Of a DNA stretch of 64,000 nucleotides, positions 1-11,335 are shown one piece after another. How positions within the stretch are numbered: the stretch's first letter is position 1; every line of letters begins with the position of its first letter. The position numbers and the translations under genes are program-made. The stretch is taken from positions 186,001 to 250,000 of the forward strand of contig DF236977.1 in assembly GCA_000708835.1 (NCBI GenBank), read 5' to 3'. The notes under the pieces were generated by a model. That model was given only the letters and a program-made list of their open reading frames with translations, searched no databases and was not told where the DNA came from. This DNA comes from Klebsormidium nitens (Eukaryota; Plantae; Klebsormidiophyceae).

Positions 1-3000
1 CGTAAGACTTCCGGAGAGGAGGGTGAATGTTCCCGCGTGGTCAATGTGATAATTGCCTCCATGCCCCGGCCTGCAGCGGAACCCAATGTCAGTCATGCAC
101 CTTACAGCACACGAGTGGTAGCCAACCAATTCTCGAACTGCAGACTCCTCAGAGCGGCAGTATGCCAAGGGAGAGAGTCTCTTGCTGACTCGGATAGCAT
201 ACAGGTGGCTTTGAAAAGAAGAATCAAGGAACGTAAGACGCAACGCTTACTGGTCCCAGTCCCCGCCGCCGTTGGTGAGGACAAACTCGAGAGAGGTCGC
301 CGGTATTTCGAGCATCTGGAGAGAGACGAGATAGTCAATGTGGGTCTTAGACAGTCTTAGGCTCAAACGCTGTGAGAAGCGAAGCCAGAATTCGTCAACC
401 TAGCCGAGCTTGCTTTCAACAGGCTTTGGAGCGAAGTAGCAAATGTCCGACAAGCCCTGCCAATGGTCAAATACGATACGAACGACGCGTCTGCTCAACC
501 CCCATTCCAATCGGTGAGGCGTGAAATGACCACAACGGAATCCTTCAGTCGCTAATGGCTGTATGATTGCTTTCTTACGATTGCCAGCCGGTTGCTTACC
601 TTGACCTGCACCCCTGCCGGGCTGACTGCGTCCGTCATCTGCAAGCCGGGGGGCTCCGTCCAGCTGTAAATGGGCGGGAAAAAAGAGTTCGGGCACTGAG
701 GATCATGAACTTTTCTTAAAGACGTTGTCATCTGCTGTTAGATGCTGGAAGCTCCTTGACCATGAACTCCGGCCGCGCATCAAGTATCAGCAGCCTCTCC
801 AGTTCGGACGCTCAGACTGATATCCAATGAATGCATGCTCGGAACCCAAAGTTCTACGGAGAAGTAGTCAACCGAGACCCGAAAGACGTCCTTTGACCGT
901 CTTCTTACCTCTGACCATCCGCTGAGCAGTGCACATACGCCGTCTCCCACCCAGTCTCGTAGTAGAATGTGATCGTCGGAGTATCCTCCCCTCCTTCACC
1001 ATCACGTTCCGTGCTCGTTTCCACCTGCAGCCCGGGCCCCGCTTCTGGCGCCAACTCCACACCCCCTTTGACGTCATCCTCATCATAAACTTCTTCCGGT
1101 GCTTCCGCTGGTGCAGCCGGTGTTTCCGTTTCTTCTGAGGGAGGCCGCTCTACGCGCGCTGGGGGTTCCGTTTGCGCCGACTCGTCTTCCTCTTCCGGAG
1201 GAGCGACCTCTGTCTCGACAGGGCCCCCAGCCTTTTCTGCCGGTGGCGGCACCTCAACGGGTGCTGCCTGTTTCTCTACCGGTGCTGCCTCGTCCAGCTC
1301 CTCCGTCTCGTACCCGCCGTCAGAACCTTCGGAGTCGTACTCGTCTACATCCGCAGCGGCCCTACCGCCGTTCACCGATGCCCCAACCGCAGAAAGTAGG
1401 CTCTGCTCGACATTCGACCCAGCCCGACCCCCCACTAAGGACCCTCCAACCACCGCTGGGAAGACCGCCCCGTTTGTCGTAATCTCCCCATTGGCAGCGA
1501 CCGCTGCGCCCCACTCTGCAGGGGGACCGCTCGCTCCCCCCTCTTTCGAGATCGACACCAGCAGGTCCGCAATCTTCTTCACCAGCAGCGCAACCTGCCC
1601 CGCCTCCGCCACCTTCATCAGGCTCTTGAGCTCCAAGCGCACCCGCTCTAGTTGCACCACGTCCTCTGCAGCGTCCTGCCGGCCTGACAGGGGCTCAACT
1701 TCCGACTTCGTAAGCGCACTTCCCGGGAGTTGCTGCAAGCACCCCCCGGCCTGACGCTCGCTCTCAGTCAGCGAGCTCTCCAGCATGGCAACCTGGGACG
1801 AAGAAAGAAGTACATCAAAAGCCGTCTCCTGACCAAGCTTTGGTTTCTTGAAATCATCTGCCTTTCTTACAAGTTCGATGATCGAACCCTGACGGAAGGG
1901 AAAGCAGTCACCAATATTCTGACCTAGCAACCCGAATGTGACTTTCTGCTCAAATAGATCCCCATGGAAACAACTTCCAAAATAAAAGACGAGTCACTGA
2001 CAAGCTTCGGAGCACAATCTACCTTTTCCATCCAGCCGCCCAGAGAGGCCACTGCAGCCAAGCGTCTCAAAGAACCAGGAGCAGATTCTCTCGAGGCCGG
2101 AATATACGGTCGTTTATGCAAACACAGAAAAACTTCACACATATCGCTTACAGCCCCCATTAAAGCCACCAAGGGACGTGAGACTCATGCTGATGGAGCC
2201 CCCCCGGCAAACAAGCACGAGCCAGCTATCAGCAGACGCCCTCACCTGCAGCAGCAGAGCCTCCTTCTCCTGCACTGCCCCCGCCATGAACGTGCTCCTC
2301 TCCTCCATGAGCCGCGCCAGCTCCCTTTCCAGCTCCACCGCCCGCACTTGCTCCTGCAGCACCTCCGCACGCCGCGCGTCCACCGTCGCCTCCACTGCCA
2401 CCATCCGTTTTATCGTCGCCTCTAGTTCATCGTTAACTGCCCTTTTCTCCCCCTCCCAAGCGTGCATCCGCTCTTGCAGCTCCTCCTCTCGCCGCTCGAG
2501 AGCGCTGGCAAATTGGCGCACCTCGTTCTGGGCATGAGAAAGTTCTGCTCGGACGGAGTCAACAGCGGATGCAACGGCGCGCTCAACCTCGTCCGTGGTA
2601 ACGCGCTTGGACAGCTCGGCGGTGAGCTTCTTCACGACAACGTCGCGCTCGGCAATCAGGTTGTTGCTGACAACGGTAATCATGGACTCACGCTCGCGCA
2701 CAAAGCCCTCCAGCTCGCGGATGCGCCCGCGCAATTCGGACACAGTGCCCTGCAGCTTCTTCACCTGACGGCAAAGAAGGGTGACGTTAGCACGCGAGGA
2801 TTTAATCGCACCTTCTGATTCAAGAGAATCCGACTAGTTGCATCTGAGGAACAATACGCGCCCTGAGGTTCTGCAAGGATCTAGGAATTCCCAAGGTCGA
2901 ACGTCACCTGTCGAATCACTTGGGACAATCGAGAATGCAGGCAGGCCGTCTCCCCACCTTTCATACACAGTCACTGGGTCCCCGAGTTGCCTTGCTCCTT

Positions 3001-5641
3001 TCGTGGTCCTCAGCCCCACGAATCTGCTTATCGGATCTATTCTCAAGAGAGTGCCACTGTATCCTGTGTACTGTTCCCATCATTTACCAAGAAGACAGTT
3101 GGTGATAGCGCTCACCACTTCGTCGTGGATGCTGAGCGGCACGCTTCTGCTCAGCTCCAGCTCTAGCTGCCGCACTTTGGACTCCAGTTCCTTGATGCGC
3201 ACCCGACCCGTGCTGCTCTCTGCGGACTTGAGCTCTGCTTCCATCCGATGCAGTTCCAGCTTTAGGCGCTCTGACTCCGCTGTTCGAACCTGGAATAAAC
3301 ACCATTTTTGGTCAGGCAGTGGTCAGCAAAAGCGGAAGGACGGAGACACATGCTTTTCCTGTGAATTCGTGATTGTCCATGATTGAGAGTAGAAGGACTT
3401 TTACAGCATGTCGCTCTCATCTTAGAGTCACAGTTTGAACAGCCGGCGAGGAAAGTGTACCCTATTAACCTAAAGTTTGCATCTACAGATCGGGGCACTG
3501 ATAAGGATAGAATTTGGACCCTTCTCTACTGCTGTCTTTGAAGGCTTTGCTACTAAAAACACTCATGAAACCTGCTGATTGGCAGGGCTCACAATCCATG
3601 ATCTCCTCACCTCATCTTCCATTGCCTTGATCTTTTGCTGCCGAATGATCTCTGTCCCCTTCACATATTGCTGGTGCTTCCAGCTTTCGCTGCCGCTGGT
3701 GCTGGCAGAGTAGGAGCTCTCCGCCCGCACATTCTCTGAGGGCCCCAGGTCAAACTCCGCCTTCCGACGATCCGCCAGACCTGTGTCCAAGATGCTCTCT
3801 CCACTCCAGGCCCAATCCTGCATAAGCACGTCGAGTATCGACCAACGACAAGCCGCGACCAATGAATCTCTTGAAGCCGAGTTCCACATGAAAGAAAGTT
3901 TGGCTACACCTGCAGAGAACAATCTCGATCCTCCTTGGCGGCCCTTGCCAACTGCGTGCTTAGGGTATTTAGGGTATAACATAGACTGGCTTCAGACTGC
4001 TGTACAGCTCCATCCCAGCTTGTTTCGCTCCATCCCAGCTTCTTAACAAAGGTGCTCTTCTGGTTTCCGGAATGACCTGGAACGAAGTAGGCTACCGCCA
4101 GCAATCCTAGGCTGCTGAGGGAAGTGCAAACAAGACAACAAAGTTGTTTCTCGACATAGTCATCCCTGTGAAGAGGGTGTTCTTTCTTGCACATCTAACA
4201 GGAGTGCTTCAAGGAAGACTCTCCCAAGCATGCTACACTCACATCTTGTTCTGTCCATGGTTGCCTTTGTTCTGATGGGGCTTGCACAGTGCCTGCTGGC
4301 ATCACTGGGCCCATGCTGCGGTCGACCTTCACGGGAGCCGGCAGCTCCAACTTGGAGGAAAGCTGCTCAATGACACGGCGCTCAATCTCCTTCCGGAATG
4401 CAGCCAGCGGAGAGGCCCCCTGCAAGCGGACCATCATGCTCACAATAGGGTATAGACCAAGACTTTCCAACAGAGACGATGGGAAGTATTAGGATAAGTT
4501 GCAACCACGAACACTAACTGCTGATGCTGCATTCCGCAATTGTTCTCACCCCTTTTCACATTGGCTGACAGTGAAGGCCTCACAAAATCCAGGACATGAC
4601 TTAACTAGACAATGGTGCAATGCAGGAAAAGAACTCAATATTGACTCGACCATGGGGCAGATCAGAAGAGCAGTCCAATTGGCCAGCACAATTGAGGCAA
4701 GCTGCCAGGTAATCCAGTATGAGGCGAAAACCACAGCATCCATCAGACACATCAAGATCTCTCACCTTGCCAGCAGGTGCGCTGACAGCATACTCGGAAC
4801 CCTCAACTGATCTGCTAGAAGAGGACTGGCTATCTGGACTCCTATGGAAGCCCCCTTCCTCCTCGCCCTGTCCCCCCTTAACAGCCTCATGCTGCACTTC
4901 CTGCGATCTAGTTGTCTGCAGCTTTCTGCGATTGTTCACAGCCACCACTGGCAGCGGGGCCTTTGACGGGAAGGACGACGGCACGAGGCTGCCAGGGGAA
5001 CCCCTGCTCCGGGTGACAGTTGCACCAGAGTCGTTTGCTAACCTGACGATGTTCTCAAGAGAGCCCAGCTCGCGGGACAGGGCTCTCATGGTTGCTACGA
5101 CTTGGACGGGCAATTCCCCATCTGGCCATGAGTGCTGCTCTGCAAAGTGCTGTAGACTGACCAACCTATGTAGCAGCCCCTCGCTTTTCTCCCTCACTTC
5201 CGTGCTTGGCTGATTCCCAGCGTCCCCATTCTGACCCCAGCCAAGCCTGACCTGGCTGATGCGGCTAATGAGAGCGCGGATCTGCGCGTGCGCATCATCA
5301 CCTTCAGACTCCTTAGACTTCTTGTCTTGAGCTGTGCTCACACCTTTACTGCTCTTTCTGACGGGTGGGCCACCAATCCGCGGCTGAACTTGCGATGCTA
5401 GCGTTGCTGAATGGGGCCCGCTGCTTCGGGCCCGCACTCTTGGGAACGTTCCCGTCAGCTCCGTTTGTTTGAGGCGATACCCAGAAAGGGCATCCTTCTG
5501 CGGTCTGAGCACAGACGATGGGGGCTTGGATGTGCCACAAGCTATCCCTGGAGCCTGCAGAACTTGCACTGAAGGGCTAATCTTGAAAGAGACGTGCTCA
5601 TTCAAAGCAGAGCAACAGTGAGCTCGTCGCATGGTCTCCAT
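1..5641 (-). CDS. Predicted plastid-targeted coiled-coil protein with C-terminal CBM25/CBM26-like starch-binding module (3' end outside window)
   Basis: Exons read by hand: 5641-4766, 4419-4243, ~3909-3609 (this junction is not phase-resolved), ~3288-3112, 2764-2246, 1792-909, 663-600, 315-251, 70-<1. The last four junctions are in phase and give TITFYYETGWETAYVHCSADGQSWTEPPGLQM...MLEIPATSLEFVLTNGGGDWDQPGHGGNYHIDHAGTFTLLSGSL, which fits the CBM25/26 pattern (YY-x2-W, WT-x2-PG-x2-M, LEFV-x-NG-x2-WD, GNY). Heptad-rich EERE/LE segments lie at 3288-1600. The N-terminus is Ser/Arg-rich and acid-poor, like a transit peptide. Confidence 0.75.
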
Positions 5642-7066
5642 TGCCTAACCCAAAGCCGAAAGCTCTACAAATCTACTGCAAAAGGCTGGTGCCCCAGATA
5701 TCAAGAAGTTTGGCGAAAAAAGAGTTTGACTCGGCACCACAAGGTTGACACTGGGAGACCCAATTCATCCAATCATGTAGCTCCTTTTTTCTCTGCTGCA
5801 TGGCAAGAAAATGGAACTCAGTCAGCTGCAAATGAGCCCTGGGAACTAGTAACAACTTTGATGCGGCAGCGATTTTCAAATTGTGCCCATTTTGATAACT
5901 CTTAGCCTATATCACAACGGAATGAACAACCGAACGGAAAATGCGGGTAGATTATTGAAATGCACTTAGTGACAGTTGCGACTTGACCGGCGCTTGTCAG
6001 ATCCGGCCAGTAAAGTTCCCTGATATACCACTCGTATGAGAATGCACAAAAGGGCAAGTGCTGGAAGAAGTATGCAGATGTCTCACCAGATTGCTGATGC
6101 TCTGCTCGCGTTCGGCAATCAGGAGTTGACTTGCAATGGACTGTGCCATCTGCATAGAAACGTCCATCCTACATTCCAACAAACTCAGGTACTCGCATTT
6201 CTACGCATTGAAAAGTCGTGTCAATCACACTCTGCACTTTTGAACCTGCCCCCACAACGTGATGCTCTTTGGAGACTTTATTCAAGTTTGCCACCTGCAT
6301 GCTCCTCATTTCCGCACCAATCCATTGCCACCATGCAGGTTGCCGTCTACTAGTTGGGCCCTAATAAAGGTGACCTCCCTGCCTTGCAATGGCTCCACAC
6401 ATCACTCTGACCTAAGAATCCCTATGTAGGATAGCAACCGCCCTCTCACCATGTGGTGAGCTGTACACAGAGAGAGACGGTTTCAACTTTCAAGCATGCG
6501 ATGTTCTGATTCTTCCCTTAAATCTCCCTGCAGAAGCTTCCACGGTTACGATGGAAGTTGACAATATCTACGGCCATTTCACATCAAGGCGCCAAAATTG
6601 ATAGGCTGTGGTTGGTCGAGCATGCCGACGTGTCAAGAAGTTCAGCAATTTTTGTGCGACGGCAATGCTCCAGCACTGGCAGCATCTCAATTCTCAGCAA
6701 TTGGTGGTGGCATCGCTCTAGTTGATTTTGCAACGAGCTAGCTAGCTAGCTGGAATGGCTGCTGGGCAGCTGGCCTAATGTGCCAATCAATGCAGTGGGT
6801 CCGTCTTCGGGTCTTCCAACTTGCGCCTGGTCCCCTTTCCGTCGGTCTCTGTGGCGCAGTGGCTTCATTTAGGTACTTCTTTACTTGGGGGTGACAAATG
6901 GGGTCAAGCATCACCTGAGCTGTGTTTACTGGGGCCGTAATGTTTAATCAGACGTTCAATCAGCTTATGATCCTCCTCGTCTGGAGAACTTGACAGCAGG
7001 AGTGAGTCAGTGCAACCTCAACATGTGATCAACACCAGGCACTCTGCTGTGGCAATCACGTGGGCA

Positions 7067-10000
7067 ATGGGGTTCCGAAGCTGTGAGCAGGCAGCCCCAC
7101 TGCATCGGTCCAGCCGGCAGGACCCGGCTTTTGCAGACTCTGCCCCCTCCTTTGTGGAGTTCAATGAGCACCAGACTGCCTCACTCGACTCCCTCGTCCC
7201 TCATTCTAACGAGCCAACCGCCCGTTACATTGAAACCCCGCACCTCCCTCCTGCGTCTCTCGACATTCACCTTGGAGCGCGCCGCTACCGGGCAACCTCG
7301 TCCCAAATGCTGCATCTGCCTCTGGAGATCACCACCGATGTCGCTCCCGGGCGAAACTTTGCAATGCCGTCCCCAACGAATGTCAGCCTGCTGAACAATT
7401 TCCCGTTCGCCTCGCCCGACATCAACGAGCCCGGGAGCCCTCTGGGGTACGACCTCAATTCTGGCATTCTGGACTCGAACCTGGAGAACTTCTCCAACAG
7501 CCTGCTCGATATCAACGCGGACGCCAACGGCCTCAACTTCTCGCCCTCCTCGGACCTCAACCTTTCGCCGCAGGAGTCGCCCATTTTCCAACTTTTCACG
7601 GGACCGTCACTGGAGCTCGGTCTGCCCAGCAACCCTGACAAACCCGTCCAAGATACCCCGTCCAAAGACAGTGACACCCTCCCTCCAGCGTCCCTCACGC
7701 TACAAGGGACCCCTCTCATGACACAGCCTGCGGAGAGCTCCCCCCGACGAGACTCCTACGCGGATTTGAGTGTCGCAAGCATCGTTCAACAGAAGCGAGA
7801 TGACATCTTCTGGGCCGCCTGGTTCTTCTTCTCGCACTACTTTGAGCCGGTGCTGACACAGGGGGCTAAAGACTTGAGCATGCCTTTGGACCAGGGCCCT
7901 CTCAACATGGGACAGCAGATCGATCGCCAGGTGTTTGTTGTGCAGAACGACCTTGAGAACAGCTATATGTGGTACCTCAGCGCGCGTCCCGCCAATATGC
8001 TTGGTGAGTGTCAGCCTTTGATTACCACCAGCTTTGGTTCTCATATGAGATTATATAGTTCCGCGCAGGGCGACTTGGGGAGCTTTTGTTGGTGACTGTG
8101 AAGTACACAGCGGTTGGCGAGAGGCATTGCTAAGCTGCTTATGCTTGTCGATCGTGCTTCACTTGCCATTCAGGACCTTGCCCTTCTGTCATCATTGCTA
8201 CCTCGTCTTTTATCGTTCGATGCACCCTGTATGCGCTACAGAGTGACATCGGATCAAGTGTCAGCAACTCAATATCGGAGTCTTACCGAGCAGTGAAGAG
8301 CGAAAGTTGACAATGTCTTCGTTTGCAGGTCGAATGCAGCTCCAGAGCTACATCAACGGGCGACACCAAGCCGGCCAGGCTGCCTTCCCTTACAGCATTT
8401 CAAACGGGTTCATTCGCAGTCACAAGCTACAGCGTAAAAAGTACAAGGGCCTGTCGAACCCACAGTGCATCCATGGGGTTCAACCGGTGGACGCCTCGAC
8501 CTTCTCTGGTGCGACGCCTGAGCAAAAGCGGCGGTTTGAGGAGCTGACAAGCCGGTAAGCCACTTTGACCTCGTACAGTCTTCGGTACAATCGATCGACT
8601 GGGTCTCTTCCGAATTCAGGCAGCTTGTTGAGAGTTTAACCTGAGGAGGAAGCCACTTTGTGAAAGTTGTGTTGTGGTGCCACAAACGATCTGCTCAATT
8701 TGTCTAGATTCATATTGCCGTCGTGTTGGGCTCTCGGTAGAAGGGGAATCACTGCGCGGCTTGTTCACGCAGCAAGAACTTGATAGTCGCTCTCCTTACT
8801 GAACGCTGGGTGTGAGCCCTTGAGGCGAGGGGGGCTCGAATCGCATGTACCAACACGCTACCAGCTCGTCGTTTGTACTGATTGCTCCTCGCCTATGCAG
8901 GCCGCTCGGGACCCCCCTCCCCCCAGAGGCAGCTGACTATAACGCCTGGCGAAAAGTCCCTGAGCGCTCTGAGGCTTCTCCCTCTGTTGACACCACTGCC
9001 GCAGCCGAGCCGCTGAGCCAGACCATCCAGTTTCTTCCTGGGCAGGAAAGCCAGGAACCACCTCCAAAACCTCCGGCTTCGTCCCCGGAACCCTTAGGTA
9101 ACAAAGTCGGGGGCAGAGCCGCCAAGAAGAGAAAGAAGGGAAGTGGGCCGAAAAGTTGCGCAGCAAACGAGGGGCCGCCAAGTGGCCCGACTGGTGAGCG
9201 GGGGATGTTCGGAGGGGGCGGAGCGGAAGAGCTGCTCTTGAGAGGGGGCGCTGGGAATAGCCCAGAGGTTCAAGGGTCCGAGAGAGAAGGGGCTGGGGTT
9301 GGCGATAGAATGACGAGACTGCGGGAGAGCTTGACGAACGGGGGTCGCACGACACAACGGACCCCGGTCACGGATCTGACGCTGCAATGGCAGGCGGAGA
9401 TTGAGCAGGGGCGCAGTCACTTGTGGGGGCCTTCTTCCAACGGCGCGCACGCTTCGGCAGCAGCGAAACTTCGAGCCGCCGAGCAGCGCTCTCAATTGAC
9501 AGTGCCTGACTCAGCAGCGACTGATGTGCGAAGAGAGCCGTTCAGGAGCGGGCGGGTCTTGACTTCGGAGAACGCTCCGACGGTTGGTACGACTTGTAAC
9601 GGAACGGAGGGGCTGGAGTCTCGGCTGGCCGGGCCTGCGTTCGGACAGTCCGGCGAGGGCGCGGCAGCTCAATCGCGGCTCCGTGACGCCCAACTGCACC
9701 CTTCAAACACCGACACTCGCCAGCGGAGGGGCAGCATGCAAGCAAACAGCGGCCAAGCCGTGAGCGAACTCCATCGGTGGGGGGGTGGAGGGCCAGCAGA
9801 GACGGTGTCTGAGGACTGCCCCCCTGCGGAGCTGACGGGTTCTCTTGACGGAACAGAGGTGTCGGGCCCCAGTCGGCGTCCCTTCCCTTCCCCGCAAGCC
9901 CAGCGGCAGCCGGCGCCCGCCGGTGCGCAACTTGGCAGCGTTCCATTGGCCGTGCAGGATCTATCCCGGGCGCAACTAGGGGCGGGGGTAATGCCGAGAG

Positions 10001-10731
10001 CGGCGCCGGAGGCCTTGTACGAGGACGAAGCCGGGTACCTGCTGTTTGTGAGTCTGCCGTTCACCGACCTGAAGCAGGTTCGGGTGACGTGGCGCAACGT
10101 GGGGGAGACGGGCATCGTCAAAGTTGACGGGGTGGGGCCGGCCCGGGGGCTCGCTCGCGGCAGCCGGGTGCTGCGGCTGTCGAGCTGGGGCCGGGCCGGA
10201 GGAGACGCGGCACGGGAGATCATGCTACCGTGAGCATGCCAACTTACCTTCGTTCTTTTTGGAGGATAGTAAGATTCAAGTGAAGCCGAAGGGGTGTTCG
10301 TGAAGAGCCCGTCTCGGAGTCGAAATCGAGTGACGTCGTGCTGGCCTCAAATTGGTTCCTCATATCCGCTCGTGGTCTTTGTTGCGGGTGACGCTTCTTC
10401 TTGATTGAGCAAACAGACCTGTGGTGGATCACGAAGCGCATTTGATGACGAATGCCTTACATCTGCCATGATTACGAGTTCCGCCATTCACCTTCCCATC
10501 CGCTCATGCCAGAATTTGGTTCGCGTAGTTTTGAGGTTTTAATATGGCAGTCCAGATAGGCTCGTTTCTAATTGCAGGACCCGGATACCTGATGACGCCT
10601 CCATCGAGGCACACTTTTCTGCTGAATGTGCGGGTCTAGAGATCTCTGTGCCAAAGCATGCGGCTTGCACCGAGGAGAGACCTGTGCGGTTGTTCCTGCC
10701 GGAGCAACGTCAGCTTCCAAGGGGGTCTTAA
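7067..10731 (+). CDS. FYD/At3g12570-like plant protein with C-terminal HSP20/alpha-crystallin-like domain
   Basis: Exons 7067-8003, 8329-8553, 8901-10230, 10578-10731; all GT-AG and in phase, 882 codons; the start ATG is tentative. Family motifs: IFWAAWFFFSHYFEPVL, QNDLENSYMW, GRMQLQSYING, GFIRSHKLQRKKYKGLSNPQCIHG, YEDEAGYLLFVSLPF, REIMLPTRIPDDA. Confidence 0.85.
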
Positions 10732-11335
10732 ACGGTGGATTCTGTTGTAATCAAAATGAAGTTCGTCGAGTGAGCAACTCGGTGGATCTTGTGCGAGATC
10801 ATGTGCGAGACTTTTCGATGGTTAGGTGAGACGGTCAATGAGAAGCCTATGTTCCAGTGGGCTACCGTCGGCTCTGTAATAAGGGAAAGAGAAGATCATG
10901 CAGGCCGTGCAACTGGCAAGCCCAATTCGATAGCAGGCCCACCCGCATGTTTACCAGTGAATGGTGTGAGACTCGGGCTCACATATGGGGAGTCGATGAT
11001 GCGCGCGCCACAAGTTCAGTGCATCATTCGAGAGCGCGTGCTCATGTACTGCATGGTCTACCGTCTGCATGTGGAACTTAGTACCGACAATTTAATGCAT
11101 TCCGTTATGGATCATGCGTGCGTATACTTTCGCTACCATCTATAGCTTGTACTTTTAGTGCATCTGTCAGCTCCTCGCGTCAGGATCATTTGCACGATGA
11201 TGAGGGTGTCGCAAATTGGCCATTGCATGCTAGACAAAGCCGGTTCAATTTTCTTATGGACATTAAGATTAGAGAATTTAATCCCACACAACTTCGATCG
11301 ATAATGATAACAGCATAATGATGATCCGGTAGCGA

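Noticed and set aside
6736-6752. (AGCT)n microsatellite upstream of the FYD-like gene
   Set aside because: Only about four units; no function can be supported.
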